A stretch of 64,000 nucleotides of DNA from Thermoproteota archaeon (GTDB lineage Archaea > Korarchaeota > Korarchaeia > Korarchaeales > Korarchaeaceae): contig JALSOH010000004.1 of NCBI GenBank assembly GCA_026986575.1, positions 640,001 to 704,000 on the forward strand, written 5' to 3'. Within the stretch, counting starts at the first letter, position 1, and each line of letters begins with the position of its first letter. A program made the position numbers and the translations under genes. Of this stretch, positions 46,985 through 56,423 are shown piece by piece. Below the pieces are notes generated by a model. The model was given only the letters and a program-made list of their open reading frames with translations, was not told where the DNA came from and ran no database searches.

Positions 46985-47438
46985 GGCAGAGGACACCCAC
47001 ATCCTCGAGTATCTTCATTACATCCAGATGGGACGGGCCCTTAAACATTATCTGAATGGTCCTATCCGTGACATCGCAGTAATGGACCGTGAACAGATGA
47101 TTCCTATTCCTACCCGTTATGATTCCCCTCCCCACGTAGTACGCGGCTGGATGACCCCCCATCTCCGTTTCACCGGTCCTCTCTATCCTAATCCTAGGTT
47201 TCAGATCCTTCCTGCCAGGTCTGACCACGATCCTCATGTCCACAGCGTAGCTTGGGGTCGCTAATACATGATAGCTCTCCCCGTAGGTCACGTAAGCTAT
47301 GTGACCTCTCCTCTCGTACTGAGTAATGTCCGATCCGTAGGCCGTGGCCATGACTTCCGCTTCATCCGGCACGGTGAGTGTTAGGAAGTCCACTGTACCG
47401 AACAGGGAACTGACTGCCCTTATGTGTACCCGCTTCAT
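46965..47438 (-). CDS. Hypothetical protein (157 aa)
   Basis: Uninterrupted ORF overlapping the start of paralog 2; beta-rich, with YCD and CH near the C-terminus. Confidence 0.65.
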   Translation of the reverse strand: MKRVHIRAVSSLFGTVDFLTLTVPDEAEVMATAYGSDITQYERRGHIAYVTYGESYHVLATPSYAVDMRIVVRPGRKDLKPRIRIERTGETEMGGHPAAYYVGRGIITGRNRNHLFTVHYCDVTDRTIQIMFKGPSHLDVMKILEDVGVLCHEMGGI

Positions 47439-47486
47439 CGCTCCAGCCGCACTCGCGGGTAGGCTTTATCCTTTACTCGATGCAAT

Positions 47487-47996
47487 TTGGGACGTATGTA
47501 CGAAATCGAGGTAGTGATAGCCATATCGGCCGTGCTAGCTGGCTGGTATTTCTTGGGCTCCTATCAGAATAGGAAGCTAACCTCCAAAGTGTGGAGTGCA
47601 GTGCTGGAACAGATGGAGGAATTCGCCTCGGAGATGGCTGCTAGGGAGCTTGGCGGCTCAGCTTTCATAGCCGTGGCTAAGGGAACTCGATCTCCATTTA
47701 GAAGGATTGAGATGGCCTATACAAGCCTCCCGAGGGAGATCTTGATCAACTACCTGATATCTAAGGCGATGGGGAGGAGAGATCTCCTCTCAGTGGTGGC
47801 CGACTTCAACACCACCCCGAAGGGCGAGAGAACTCTGAAGGACTTTCCCGATTTGGCGGTGGATGCGCTCTCCCTAAGGATACAAGGAGGGAATCCTAAC
47901 CTCAGAATCATCATGTCAGCCGAGCAGGTGCTGAATGGCTCCCTTGAGAGGATCTTATCAGCAGTCAGGGCAGCGTGCAGCTCAGGCCTGTGCTGA
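47487..47996 (+). CDS. Membrane-anchored protein resembling CCDC47/DUF1682 (PAT complex subunit)
   Basis: N-terminal TM ending YFLG...N.KL...W, then LPRE.L.NYL....GRRD; similarity judged by eye only. Confidence 0.55.
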   Translation: MGRMYEIEVVIAISAVLAGWYFLGSYQNRKLTSKVWSAVLEQMEEFASEMAARELGGSAFIAVAKGTRSPFRRIEMAYTSLPREILINYLISKAMGRRDLLSVVADFNTTPKGERTLKDFPDLAVDALSLRIQGGNPNLRIIMSAEQVLNGSLERILSAVRAACSSGLC

Positions 47997-48401
47997 TCAC
48001 TCGAGCTCAGGTATGAAGACCCTAACAGAACCTCTGTCCTCATAGGAGCTGAAGATCTCACCCGCCTTTCTTATCCCGCTCAAGATAGATTCGAAGAACT
48101 CATTGACGCTCATTCCCAATCGATCGGCCGACTTGGCGACCTCCCCAGCTCCCCTAACCCAGAAGGTGACCATCCCGGTGTAGACGCCCAGCCTCAGGTG
48201 GGTGGGCACGGGACTCCCCATGGGGAGGAACGCGTAACCTTCGGCCCTCCTACTGGGCAGAAACCCCAGTTTCTCCATTTCTTCCACTAACTCCGATATC
48301 AGACCCTCCAGATCCTTGGGATCTAGGTAAGCGTACATCTCCACTTTTATCAGGAAGCTCTCGTAGTCCATCTCAATCCCGGATAGGGGAAGGGTCACCA
48401 T
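47997..48401 (-). CDS. Hypothetical protein (134 aa)
   Basis: Clean ORF with normal codon usage, directly downstream of ubiA and abutting the CCDC47-like gene. Confidence 0.7.
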   Translation of the reverse strand: MVTLPLSGIEMDYESFLIKVEMYAYLDPKDLEGLISELVEEMEKLGFLPSRRAEGYAFLPMGSPVPTHLRLGVYTGMVTFWVRGAGEVAKSADRLGMSVNEFFESILSGIRKAGEIFSSYEDRGSVRVFIPELE

Positions 48402-48412
48402 AAAAATGCAGC

Positions 48413-49267
48413 TCAGTGGGGGAGGAGATCCAGCATGAGCCCGAATCCCAAGAGTAGGCTTACAACCAAGTTGACGTTGAAGGCCCTAGCGTACATCCCC
48501 CTCCTAGCGAGGTAGTGCTGGTAACCTAGCAGCACAGCCGTAAGGCAGATTGAGATCGCTGAGAACACGCCATTGATTGCACTCAACAGCAGGACCAAGA
48601 CCGTACCCACATGTAAGAGGAGCGAGAGGTTGAGGGCTACTCTCTCCCCGAAGCACGCCGGAACAGATTTAATCCCCAGCCTCCGATCTATACTCACATC
48701 CTGCACAGCGTACACCATGTCGAAGCCCGCTACCCACATGGCTAGGGCAATCGCGTAACCCCAAGGCAGGTTGGACACGCTGTTCGACATGGCTATCGCT
48801 CCTGCAAGCGGGACCGCTCCGAGCACGGCGCCTAGGTGGAAGTGAGGGAAGCAGTGGATCCTTTTAGCGAAGGGATAGGTGACCTCCGCTAGTATTATGG
48901 GAAAAGCTAAGAGGAAGGCTAGCCAATTGAAGTATAGCGCGCTGAGGGCGAATATGGAGGAGAAGAGAACTATGAGTAGGACCACGGTCAGAGCCCTCGC
49001 CTCCCCGGTTACGAGGGGCCTGCTGGCCGTCCTAGGGTTCAGGGCATCCAAATCCCTGTCGAAGAGGTCGTTAGACAGTAAAGCGACGGATCTAGCTGAG
49101 AAGAGGGCGACACCTATCATCAAAGCGTCCAGCCAGTCGCTCAGTCCGAACATCAGCGCTCCGACATAGGCGAAGGGTAGGCTGAAAAGGGTGTGGTGAA
49201 TCCTCAGCATCCTCACGTAGGTCCTAAATCCCAAGCTCGGACCACCTCTCATCCACTCTCCTCGCAA
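48413..49267 (-). CDS. ubiA: UbiA-family aromatic prenyltransferase (MqnP-like)
   Basis: HTLFSLPFAY, NDLFDRDLD..NPRT..RP, YPFAKR, WVAGFD..YA.QD...D. Confidence 0.88.
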   Translation of the reverse strand: MRGEWMRGGPSLGFRTYVRMLRIHHTLFSLPFAYVGALMFGLSDWLDALMIGVALFSARSVALLSNDLFDRDLDALNPRTASRPLVTGEARALTVVLLIVLFSSIFALSALYFNWLAFLLAFPIILAEVTYPFAKRIHCFPHFHLGAVLGAVPLAGAIAMSNSVSNLPWGYAIALAMWVAGFDMVYAVQDVSIDRRLGIKSVPACFGERVALNLSLLLHVGTVLVLLLSAINGVFSAISICLTAVLLGYQHYLARRGMYARAFNVNLVVSLLLGFGLMLDLLPH

Positions 49268-50642
49268 CCTCTGGATCTGGAGCGACGGGCTCGGGCCAGT
49301 CCCTCCCTATCTCCTCCCTCAGCTTCCTAGTCGCATCAACTACCATCTTGCCTCCCATCCTAGGAGCGACGCTGGCATGATCGAGCTCGTCGGCGACGGC
49401 GTTTTCCACGATCTGCACATCCCTCTGGGGATCCACGGTCGAGGCCACCGCGTACATCACCTGATTCAGGTCGTGCACATTCACATCGTGATCCACCACC
49501 ACTATCATCTTAGTCAGGGAGAACTGTCCCAAACCTAGGAGACCCATCGCCACCTGCTTGGCATGGCCGGGGTACCTCTTCCTGATGGACACGATAGCCA
49601 GCCCGTGGAAGAGCCCGTACTCCGGCAGATTAAGGTCCACCACCTCAGGCATGAGCATCCTCACGAAGGGCAGGAAGGTCCTCTCCACGGCCTTGCCCAG
49701 AACGGCGTCCTCGAGCCAGGGGTAGCCCACCACGGTGGCGTGAAATATCGGATCCTCCCTCGTGTAAATCCTCCTTACTCTGAAGACCGGGAAGGGAGCC
49801 GGGGGAGTGTAGTAGCCCATGTGATCCCCGAAGGGTCCTTCTATGCGGGTCTCGCCCGGCGGAACAGTACCCTCCATTACCAGCTCGGCTGAGGAGGGGA
49901 TCAAGAGCCCGCTCTCTCCCTTAGCTACCCCTATCGACCTCCCAGCCATGACTCCAGCGAAGAGGTAGCTGTCTATCCCCTCAGGCACGGGCGCCACGGC
50001 CGCGAAGGCTACGGCCGGATCAACGCCGACAGCTACAGCTACAGGCATCTCCTCACCGTACTTATCGTAGTAGGCGGCCCCCCTCTTGTGTATGTGCCAA
50101 TGCATTCCCGTAACATCCTTTCCCATTATCTGCATCCTGTAGACCCCGAAGTGGTATATTCCCGTCTCAGGATCCCTCGTAATGACGATAGGAAAGGTGA
50201 AGAATCTCCCCGCGTCCTTCGGCCATGTCCTAATCGCTGGCACCTTATTCAAGTCGGGCTCGTCCCACTCATTGTCCTTCCACAGGGCTTTGGACATCTT
50301 AGGTAGGTACCTGCCGAAGCTAGCGGCTTCCCTCAGGGTCCTAACTTTCTCCCCCAAGGTGAGAGGGGGCGGGCCCTTAGTGAGCCTAGTGAACCTCTCG
50401 CCGGCCTCCTCCAGCTTCTCTACCCCCAGAGCCAGCTTCACCCTCTCCATCTTAGAGAACAGGTTGCCAGTGAGTCTCCAACCCTCGAAACCCTCAATGT
50501 TCTCGAAGAGAAGTGCTGGTCCGCCTCGCGCGACCCTCCTCAGGATCTCCGCTATCTCCAGCTCCACGCTGACCGGAGCTCTCACCCTCCTTAGCTCTCC
50601 TCTACTCTCAAGCTCCTCTAGGAAGCTCCTGAGATCCTCCAA
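49224..50642 (-). CDS. ubiD: UbiD-family decarboxylase (menaquinone biosynthesis decarboxylase-like)
   Basis: WPKDAG.F, G.YRMQ, MHW..HK, EGPFGDH.GYY, K.YPGHAK, VVDHDV, LDH. Confidence 0.9.
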   Translation of the reverse strand: MEDLRSFLEELESRGELRRVRAPVSVELEIAEILRRVARGGPALLFENIEGFEGWRLTGNLFSKMERVKLALGVEKLEEAGERFTRLTKGPPPLTLGEKVRTLREAASFGRYLPKMSKALWKDNEWDEPDLNKVPAIRTWPKDAGRFFTFPIVITRDPETGIYHFGVYRMQIMGKDVTGMHWHIHKRGAAYYDKYGEEMPVAVAVGVDPAVAFAAVAPVPEGIDSYLFAGVMAGRSIGVAKGESGLLIPSSAELVMEGTVPPGETRIEGPFGDHMGYYTPPAPFPVFRVRRIYTREDPIFHATVVGYPWLEDAVLGKAVERTFLPFVRMLMPEVVDLNLPEYGLFHGLAIVSIRKRYPGHAKQVAMGLLGLGQFSLTKMIVVVDHDVNVHDLNQVMYAVASTVDPQRDVQIVENAVADELDHASVAPRMGGKMVVDATRKLREEIGRDWPEPVAPDPEVARRVDERWSELGI

Positions 50643-50664
50643 CTTTCACTCCCACGGAGTAATC

Positions 50665-51171
50665 TCACGTTAAATTAAGTGTTTGCCGATCCTCACCTTC
50701 AGCTCTCAACTTCCTCCTCAGGAGTATCTTGGCCATCTTGCTCAAATTCCACCTCCCATGTCTGCTGTAGAGGACGTAGTCCTCCCTGCTCAATTCCCTC
50801 AAGAAGGATGTTATCAGGGAATCTACGTTTATCCTGTCTATCAGCACCCTGTAGCCTAGGGCCAGTCCTGAGAGGAATGTCCCTGGAGAGAGGTTATCCC
50901 TAAAATCGCTTAAACCCATTACATGAACATCGAGAGGGGGGAGACCCATCCTAAGGGCCCGTGAGGATATCTTGTATTCGAGCTCAACCTTTTCCCTGGG
51001 TCTTAACGATCCTCTTACTACTATCAAGAGATCAACATCCTTGGCATCCTTCCAGTAGATGGAACTTCCGAACACAAGTGCCGCTAGGACCCTATCTCCC
51101 AATATTTCCAGCACGAGGTCCTTCAAATCCTCATAGAATTCCCTTCTCCTCGAGATACCTCCTCGCAACAT
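50665..51171 (-). CDS. Minimal nucleotidyltransferase (MNT) antitoxin
   Basis: VFGS........DVDLLIV motif; adjacent to a HEPN gene. Confidence 0.85.
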   Translation of the reverse strand: MLRGGISRRREFYEDLKDLVLEILGDRVLAALVFGSSIYWKDAKDVDLLIVVRGSLRPREKVELEYKISSRALRMGLPPLDVHVMGLSDFRDNLSPGTFLSGLALGYRVLIDRINVDSLITSFLRELSREDYVLYSRHGRWNLSKMAKILLRRKLRAEGEDRQTLNLT

Positions 51172-51583
51172 CTAATACCCCCCTAGCTCTCTTGAGAGCC
51201 TCTTCAGCCACCTCCTTATCGATGAACTCGTCGGGTGACACGACCTCACCTCTGAGGAGGAACGGATACCTGCTTCTAGTATAGTACTCAGTGAACCACC
51301 CGATTACATCCAGAACCATGTCGAATTCATCCCTCCACTCATCCGAGAATGCGTCTGAGAATGCGGTCCCCAGCATAGGCCCGTGATTGTACACGTACTT
51401 CCTCTTGGCCTCGATCATAGCTTTCACAGCCTTCTCAACGCACTGTTGTAGGTGGAAGACTGACTCGGAGTAGTCTTCGAACTCAATTGATCTTAAGGCT
51501 CTTTTAAGGTCTTTCTCCGCTTCCTCGAAGTACTTTCTGGCGAACTTCTCGTAGAATACCAAATGTATCCCTTCCCTCACCAA
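51131..51583 (-). CDS. HEPN domain protein (toxin)
   Basis: A.KDL.RA, FHLQQ.VEKAVKA, H, and YTRSRYP. Confidence 0.88.
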   Translation of the reverse strand: MVREGIHLVFYEKFARKYFEEAEKDLKRALRSIEFEDYSESVFHLQQCVEKAVKAMIEAKRKYVYNHGPMLGTAFSDAFSDEWRDEFDMVLDVIGWFTEYYTRSRYPFLLRGEVVSPDEFIDKEVAEEALKRARGVLDVARRYLEEKGIL

Positions 51584-51668
51584 GTTCGCTTCAAACTTAT
51601 AGTTGTCGCGCTAGAGGGGACGCCGCTATCATTTTTTTTTATGGTGGAGAGGGGGAGGCGGGGAGAAC

Positions 51669-52568
51669 ATGAGAAGGCTCCTCTACTTGCTAGCCCTCAT
51701 CGTGATCGTCTTGATAGCCTACGCTCTGATACCCAAGCAGCGGAGCCCCGTCACAGCTGCCACCATACAGGGGGGGATCAGCACACTCGATCTGATGGAG
51801 GGCAAGGCCGAGTGGCTCAAGGTGATGAGGTTCGACAAGCCCTTGGATGTGGCCCAAGCCCTGTCAAAGGGCGAGGTCGATGTGGCCGTCATAACCTCGG
51901 AGATGTACGCGAAGTTCGCCCTCTCCTCCAAGAGGGAGCTGAAGATAATCGCCGCTGAGATGCTGCAGAATCAGGCGGTGGTAGGGGTGAGTGACCTGAA
52001 GGACCTGGAGGGTAAGAGGGTGGGCGCCACAACGGCCAGCGGGACCTACGCGATGTTTCAGGCGTACACGAGGCTAGCGGGTGTGAAGGGATATGAGGTG
52101 GTGGACATGCCCCCACCCCAGTTAGTGGCCGCGCTCGGCAGGGGCGACATAGATGCGGCGGTGGTCTGGGAGCCCATGGCCTCCAAGCTCATCGCCAAGG
52201 GCTACGAGCACATAGATTTCGTTGACCTCGCTGAGAGGTATGTGGGTAAACAGCCGGTGATGCTGGTGTGGGTCGCCACGGAGGACTTCCTGAGGAGGCC
52301 CGACGATGTGAAGGCCTTCCTCGAGCTGAGGGAGAAGGCGGCTCAACGGTGGGATGAGGAAGCCCCTTCAATCCTCAAGAAACTCTATGGCCTGAACGAC
52401 GATGAGGTAAGCACGCTGATGGCGAGAGTGAGGCTGTGGACTGGCGGTCTAGAGGGGGCGAGGGAGGGCATAATCTCCGCTTGGGAACTGGCTCGTCAGG
52501 GAAGATACCTGAAGGTAAGCGAGGATGCTCTAAAGGAGCTCGCATCTAAGGCCTTCTGGGGAGGATGA
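51669..52568 (+). CDS. NitT/TauT (SsuA/NMT1-like) ABC substrate-binding protein
   Basis: N-terminal TM, AL..GEVDVA, DL.GKRVG, L.RGDIDAAVVWEP. Confidence 0.85.
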   Translation: MRRLLYLLALIVIVLIAYALIPKQRSPVTAATIQGGISTLDLMEGKAEWLKVMRFDKPLDVAQALSKGEVDVAVITSEMYAKFALSSKRELKIIAAEMLQNQAVVGVSDLKDLEGKRVGATTASGTYAMFQAYTRLAGVKGYEVVDMPPPQLVAALGRGDIDAAVVWEPMASKLIAKGYEHIDFVDLAERYVGKQPVMLVWVATEDFLRRPDDVKAFLELREKAAQRWDEEAPSILKKLYGLNDDEVSTLMARVRLWTGGLEGAREGIISAWELARQGRYLKVSEDALKELASKAFWGG

Positions 52569-52649
52569 TCTCCCGACCCTCTCCTCTTTCCCGACCAAAT
52601 CCTTAAGAGCCTTCTCGATGGTTGCCCCGTTGGTGAGAGGTCAGACACC

Positions 52650-53420
52650 ATGACTCAGGGAAGGAAGGAGGCCGACAAGGGACGGGAAATCGCTTTCAGG
52701 ACCGGCAGGATACTCGCCGGCCTCTTCGTCTTGGCGATATGGATCTCAGCATCGACGACGGGCATGCTCCCCGGCCCCGCGGAGGTGCTGGCATACCTCC
52801 TCAGCATGAAGCTGGAAGATATTGTGCCTCAGGTGCTCAAGACACTGTACAACAGCATTACCGGATTCTCCCTGTCGTTTTTGGCCTCCATGGTGCTGGG
52901 TCTCCTCTCCCACAAGCTTTCCTTGGTCAAGGGATTCTCGGAGGCCCTCTCCGAGATATTCAACAGCACCTCCGCATTAGTCTGGTCCCTAGTCCTAGTG
53001 GCCACCTTGGGTGTGTTGAGCCCTCTCCCGCCAATACTGGTCGTTGCAGCCGTGACACTCCCCCACGTACTCACAGCTACAGTATCGGCTCTGTCCTCGG
53101 CGGATCCGGGCCTGCTGGAGGCCGTTAGATCGGTAGGAGCCAAGCCCTCTGACGAATTCTTCGAGGTGATCCTACCCAGCTCCGTTCCCCTCTTGGCCTC
53201 GGCATCTAGGGTCGGGTTGGGGACCGCCCTGAGGATAAGCGTCGTGGCCGAGGCCTTTGGATCGAGCGGCGGGGTGGGCTACATGATAATCAGGAGCTAC
53301 AACCTGGCTGACGCCTCGGGGGTACTGGCTTGGTCCATCGTGCTAATCGCTCTGGTCTTGGGACTGGATCAACTGGTCCTCAAACCCCTAGAGAGGAGGG
53401 CTAAGAGATGGCTAGAGTGA
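52650..53420 (+). CDS. NitT/TauT ABC permease
   Basis: LP.P..V, EAA-like loop, VILP..P, VVAE..GS..GVG. Confidence 0.87.
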   Translation: MTQGRKEADKGREIAFRTGRILAGLFVLAIWISASTTGMLPGPAEVLAYLLSMKLEDIVPQVLKTLYNSITGFSLSFLASMVLGLLSHKLSLVKGFSEALSEIFNSTSALVWSLVLVATLGVLSPLPPILVVAAVTLPHVLTATVSALSSADPGLLEAVRSVGAKPSDEFFEVILPSSVPLLASASRVGLGTALRISVVAEAFGSSGGVGYMIIRSYNLADASGVLAWSIVLIALVLGLDQLVLKPLERRAKRWLE

Positions 53421-54121
53421 TGCTGGACGTCTCCTCGGTATATAAGAGCTTCTCAGAACCTGTCCTAGTTGATATAAGCCTTCACCTGAATGGAGGCGAG
53501 GTCTTAGGGGTCGTGGGACCTAATGGATGCGGGAAGACGACCCTCCTGAGGATAATGGCGGGACTGGAGTTTCCCGATAGGGGAAGCGTCAGGAGGGAAG
53601 GGAAGGTCGGCATCGTGTTTCAGGAGGACAGGCTTCTTCCCTGGAAGACCCTATGGGAGAACGTGGCCTTGGGGCTGAAGTACCACGGGATGAGGGGGGA
53701 GGAACTAACCAAGAGGATCAGGGAGTACTCGAGCATGGTGGGACTCACCGACTCCGACCTTTCACTCCACCCTAGGAAGGCCAGCGGCGGCACTAGAAGG
53801 AAGGCAGCCCTAGTCAGGGCCCTCGTCCTCGAGCCGGAGATACTCCTTTTGGATGAACCCTTCACCGGACTTGATGTCAAGGCTAGGGCCTCCTTGAGGG
53901 AAGCTCTCAAGTGGATCTGGGACGAGTACGGACTCTCGACGGTGATCGTCTCCCATCAACTGGAGGAGCTGCTGCCCTTGGCCGATAGGGTCTACGTGCT
54001 AACTCCAAAACCAGCCAGAGTAGCTGAGGAGATAGATCTGAGGGGCATGGATTTAGAGAGGAGGCTGGAGAGGGTGAAGGAAGCCCTCCTCCACATACTA
54101 TCGAGAGCCGGTTCGGATTAG
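53408..54121 (+). CDS. NitT/TauT ABC ATP-binding protein
   Basis: GPNGCGKT, VFQE..LLPW, SGG, LLDEPF, VSH. Confidence 0.9.
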   Translation: MARVMLDVSSVYKSFSEPVLVDISLHLNGGEVLGVVGPNGCGKTTLLRIMAGLEFPDRGSVRREGKVGIVFQEDRLLPWKTLWENVALGLKYHGMRGEELTKRIREYSSMVGLTDSDLSLHPRKASGGTRRKAALVRALVLEPEILLLDEPFTGLDVKARASLREALKWIWDEYGLSTVIVSHQLEELLPLADRVYVLTPKPARVAEEIDLRGMDLERRLERVKEALLHILSRAGSD

Positions 54122-54859
54122 CTTGGCCCTCAGGAACCACCAGATCATTGGGATGAGGGCTATAGCGGCCATCCCAATTCCACTGGCCATGAACTGGGAG
54201 GCACCTCCCTCGAAGGTTATGTAGGCTCCGCATACGTCCATCACCGCGTGCAGTATGGAAGGGCCAGTTATGTTCCATCCGAAGTAGTAATAGCCAGCCA
54301 GCACCATCCCGGCAAAGAAGACCGATAGCAGGTGCATGGCCACATCCCAGGGACCATACTTGGCAACTAGGAGGTCTATCGGAAGGTGGCTAAGGGCGAA
54401 TAGGAGGGAGCTAATCGAGGCAGCTCTCCAGAACCTCCACCTCCCCCCTAAATCCGAGGCCACCATGGAGAAGTAGTACCCCCTGTCCACCAGCTCCTCC
54501 GCCGGGCCCACGACGAGAAAGAGGTGGAAGGTACCCAATAGATTGAGCCTGGGCTCACCGCCCATAGCCAAGTGCACCGAGAGCAGGATGAGCGATCCTA
54601 GGACGGCAAGCGAGATTGACTCGCCTATACCCCTTCTGGAGATGCCAACATCCTCCCAAGAATCACCGAACCTCCTCAGGAATAGGTAGACGAGCCCGAA
54701 GGAGACTACAAGCTTGACCACGGATTCCACGAGCAAGGGGAGTGACTCTGGAGTCAGAACCCCCCAACCGAGCATCCCCGTAACATAGCGGTACGGGGTC
54801 CATATTAGGATAAATGCAACGAAGAGTTCCAGCGACTTGACGAGGCCCTTCCTCCTCAC
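54098..54859 (-). CDS. CPBP (CAAX/Abi) family intramembrane protease
   Basis: EELVDRG, FALSH and LHAVMD. Confidence 0.87.
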   Translation of the reverse strand: MRRKGLVKSLELFVAFILIWTPYRYVTGMLGWGVLTPESLPLLVESVVKLVVSFGLVYLFLRRFGDSWEDVGISRRGIGESISLAVLGSLILLSVHLAMGGEPRLNLLGTFHLFLVVGPAEELVDRGYYFSMVASDLGGRWRFWRAASISSLLFALSHLPIDLLVAKYGPWDVAMHLLSVFFAGMVLAGYYYFGWNITGPSILHAVMDVCGAYITFEGGASQFMASGIGMAAIALIPMIWWFLRAKLIRTGSR

Positions 54860-55058
54860 TAGAACACCGGGGAATTCAATGGCACCATATTAAAACTGAT
54901 TTGACGGATTTGTCATAACTGGAGACAGGCATTTCAAAGGGCTGGATAGGGTCATCTGGATAGGGGAATAGCCCCCAAGCTGGTCCCGACTTATCAGCTG
55001 AATGAGCTGCCCATAACCAGAATTAATTTAGACCTACCAATAGAACTCGATCTTCGAC

Positions 55059-56402
55059 ATGAGGGTCTTCGGGACATCGGGATTCAGGGGATACGTTAAC
55101 GAGAAGCTTAATCCTCTGAATGTGATTAAGTTAGCTTTAGCCTTCTCCTCATTCCTATCGGATGGCAGGATAGCGGTTGGAAGGGACGCTAGGCTGGGCA
55201 ATAGGATCATCCATCCGACCTTCGTGTCCGGCCTCCTCGCGGGTGGTAGCGACGTTATAGACTTCGGTCTCACATCGACCCCCGCCCTGCTCCACGGAAT
55301 GAGGGAGAGGAGCGAAGGAGCCGCCATGATAACGGGATCCCACACTCCCCCGGATATACATGGAATCCTCCTCTTCAGGAGGGATACGGCGGAGATCTTC
55401 GGAGATGAAGAGAGGGAGATAGAGGAGATATTCGAGAGGGAGAGGTTCCATCTAGCTTCGTTAGATAATTTAGGCAAATTAGAGAATGGAGATGCCCTTA
55501 CCAGATACAGGGAGGATGTGAGGAGGGAGTTTCCTACTCTAAGGGGAAGGGTAGTCTTGGATGCCGGTCATTCCCCTGCAGTCAGGGACTTCCTCTACAT
55601 ACTCGACGATTTGGAGATGAAAGTTCTGCACGGGGAGGTGAGGGGGGACTTCCCCAACAGACCGCCTGAACCGGATCAGAAATCGCTGGAACTACTGGGA
55701 AAGATCGTCAGGGACGAGGGCGCGACGTTCGGCCTGTCCCTAGACGGGGATGGAGATAGAGCTATATTCGTCGACGAGAAGGGTGATGTAGTCCCTCCTG
55801 ACAGGCTCGGAATCCTGTTCGCCTTGGAGGAGGCTAGAGAGAGGGGCATAAGGAAGGTAGCATGTCCCGTCAACACGACCGGCGCAGTCGAGGCCCTGAG
55901 GGAGCATGGGATCGAGATCGTCTACACCAAGGTGGGACCGCCAGCCATGGCCGAGGCGATACTCAGGAAGGGAGCGGGTTTCGCGTTCGAGGAATCTGGG
56001 AAATATATCTGGCCGGGGAATATCCTTTACGGGGATCCGGTCTACGCCACCGCAAAGCTACTGCAGGTATTGGATGGAATGTCCCTCTCGGAATCGCTCT
56101 CATGGATACCCGAGAGGTACACTAAGAAGGGCGCGATCCCTTGCCCAGATCACCTGAAGGAAAAGTTACTTTTCAAGATTGAGACGTTGATCGAGCCGCT
56201 TGGAGATCTAATCAAGATAGATGGCGTGAAGGTGCTCTTGGACGATGGAAGCTGGATGCTCTTCAGGCCCTCAGGAACTGAACCTGTATTCAGATATCAT
56301 GTGGACGCGCCTACTAAGGAGAAGGCACTTGAGCTCGAGAGAAAGGCTCTGTCGCTGATCAGGAGTGCGGGGAAAACTGCAGGACTTGAGAACCTTAATT
56401 AA
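55059..56402 (+). CDS. Phosphoglucomutase/phosphomannomutase family (alpha-D-phosphohexomutase)
   Basis: FGTSGFRG, TGSH, DGDGDR, EESG, RPSGTEP. Confidence 0.92.
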   Translation: MRVFGTSGFRGYVNEKLNPLNVIKLALAFSSFLSDGRIAVGRDARLGNRIIHPTFVSGLLAGGSDVIDFGLTSTPALLHGMRERSEGAAMITGSHTPPDIHGILLFRRDTAEIFGDEEREIEEIFERERFHLASLDNLGKLENGDALTRYREDVRREFPTLRGRVVLDAGHSPAVRDFLYILDDLEMKVLHGEVRGDFPNRPPEPDQKSLELLGKIVRDEGATFGLSLDGDGDRAIFVDEKGDVVPPDRLGILFALEEARERGIRKVACPVNTTGAVEALREHGIEIVYTKVGPPAMAEAILRKGAGFAFEESGKYIWPGNILYGDPVYATAKLLQVLDGMSLSESLSWIPERYTKKGAIPCPDHLKEKLLFKIETLIEPLGDLIKIDGVKVLLDDGSWMLFRPSGTEPVFRYHVDAPTKEKALELERKALSLIRSAGKTAGLENLN

Positions 56403-56423
56403 GATCCAGTAGCCCTTAACCCG

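Noticed and set aside
54942-54975. Direct repeat CTGGATAGGG (two copies) and a small GGGGAATAGCCCC hairpin in an intergenic gap
   Set aside because: Only two short copies with no spacer periodicity; not CRISPR-like and no riboswitch match recognised
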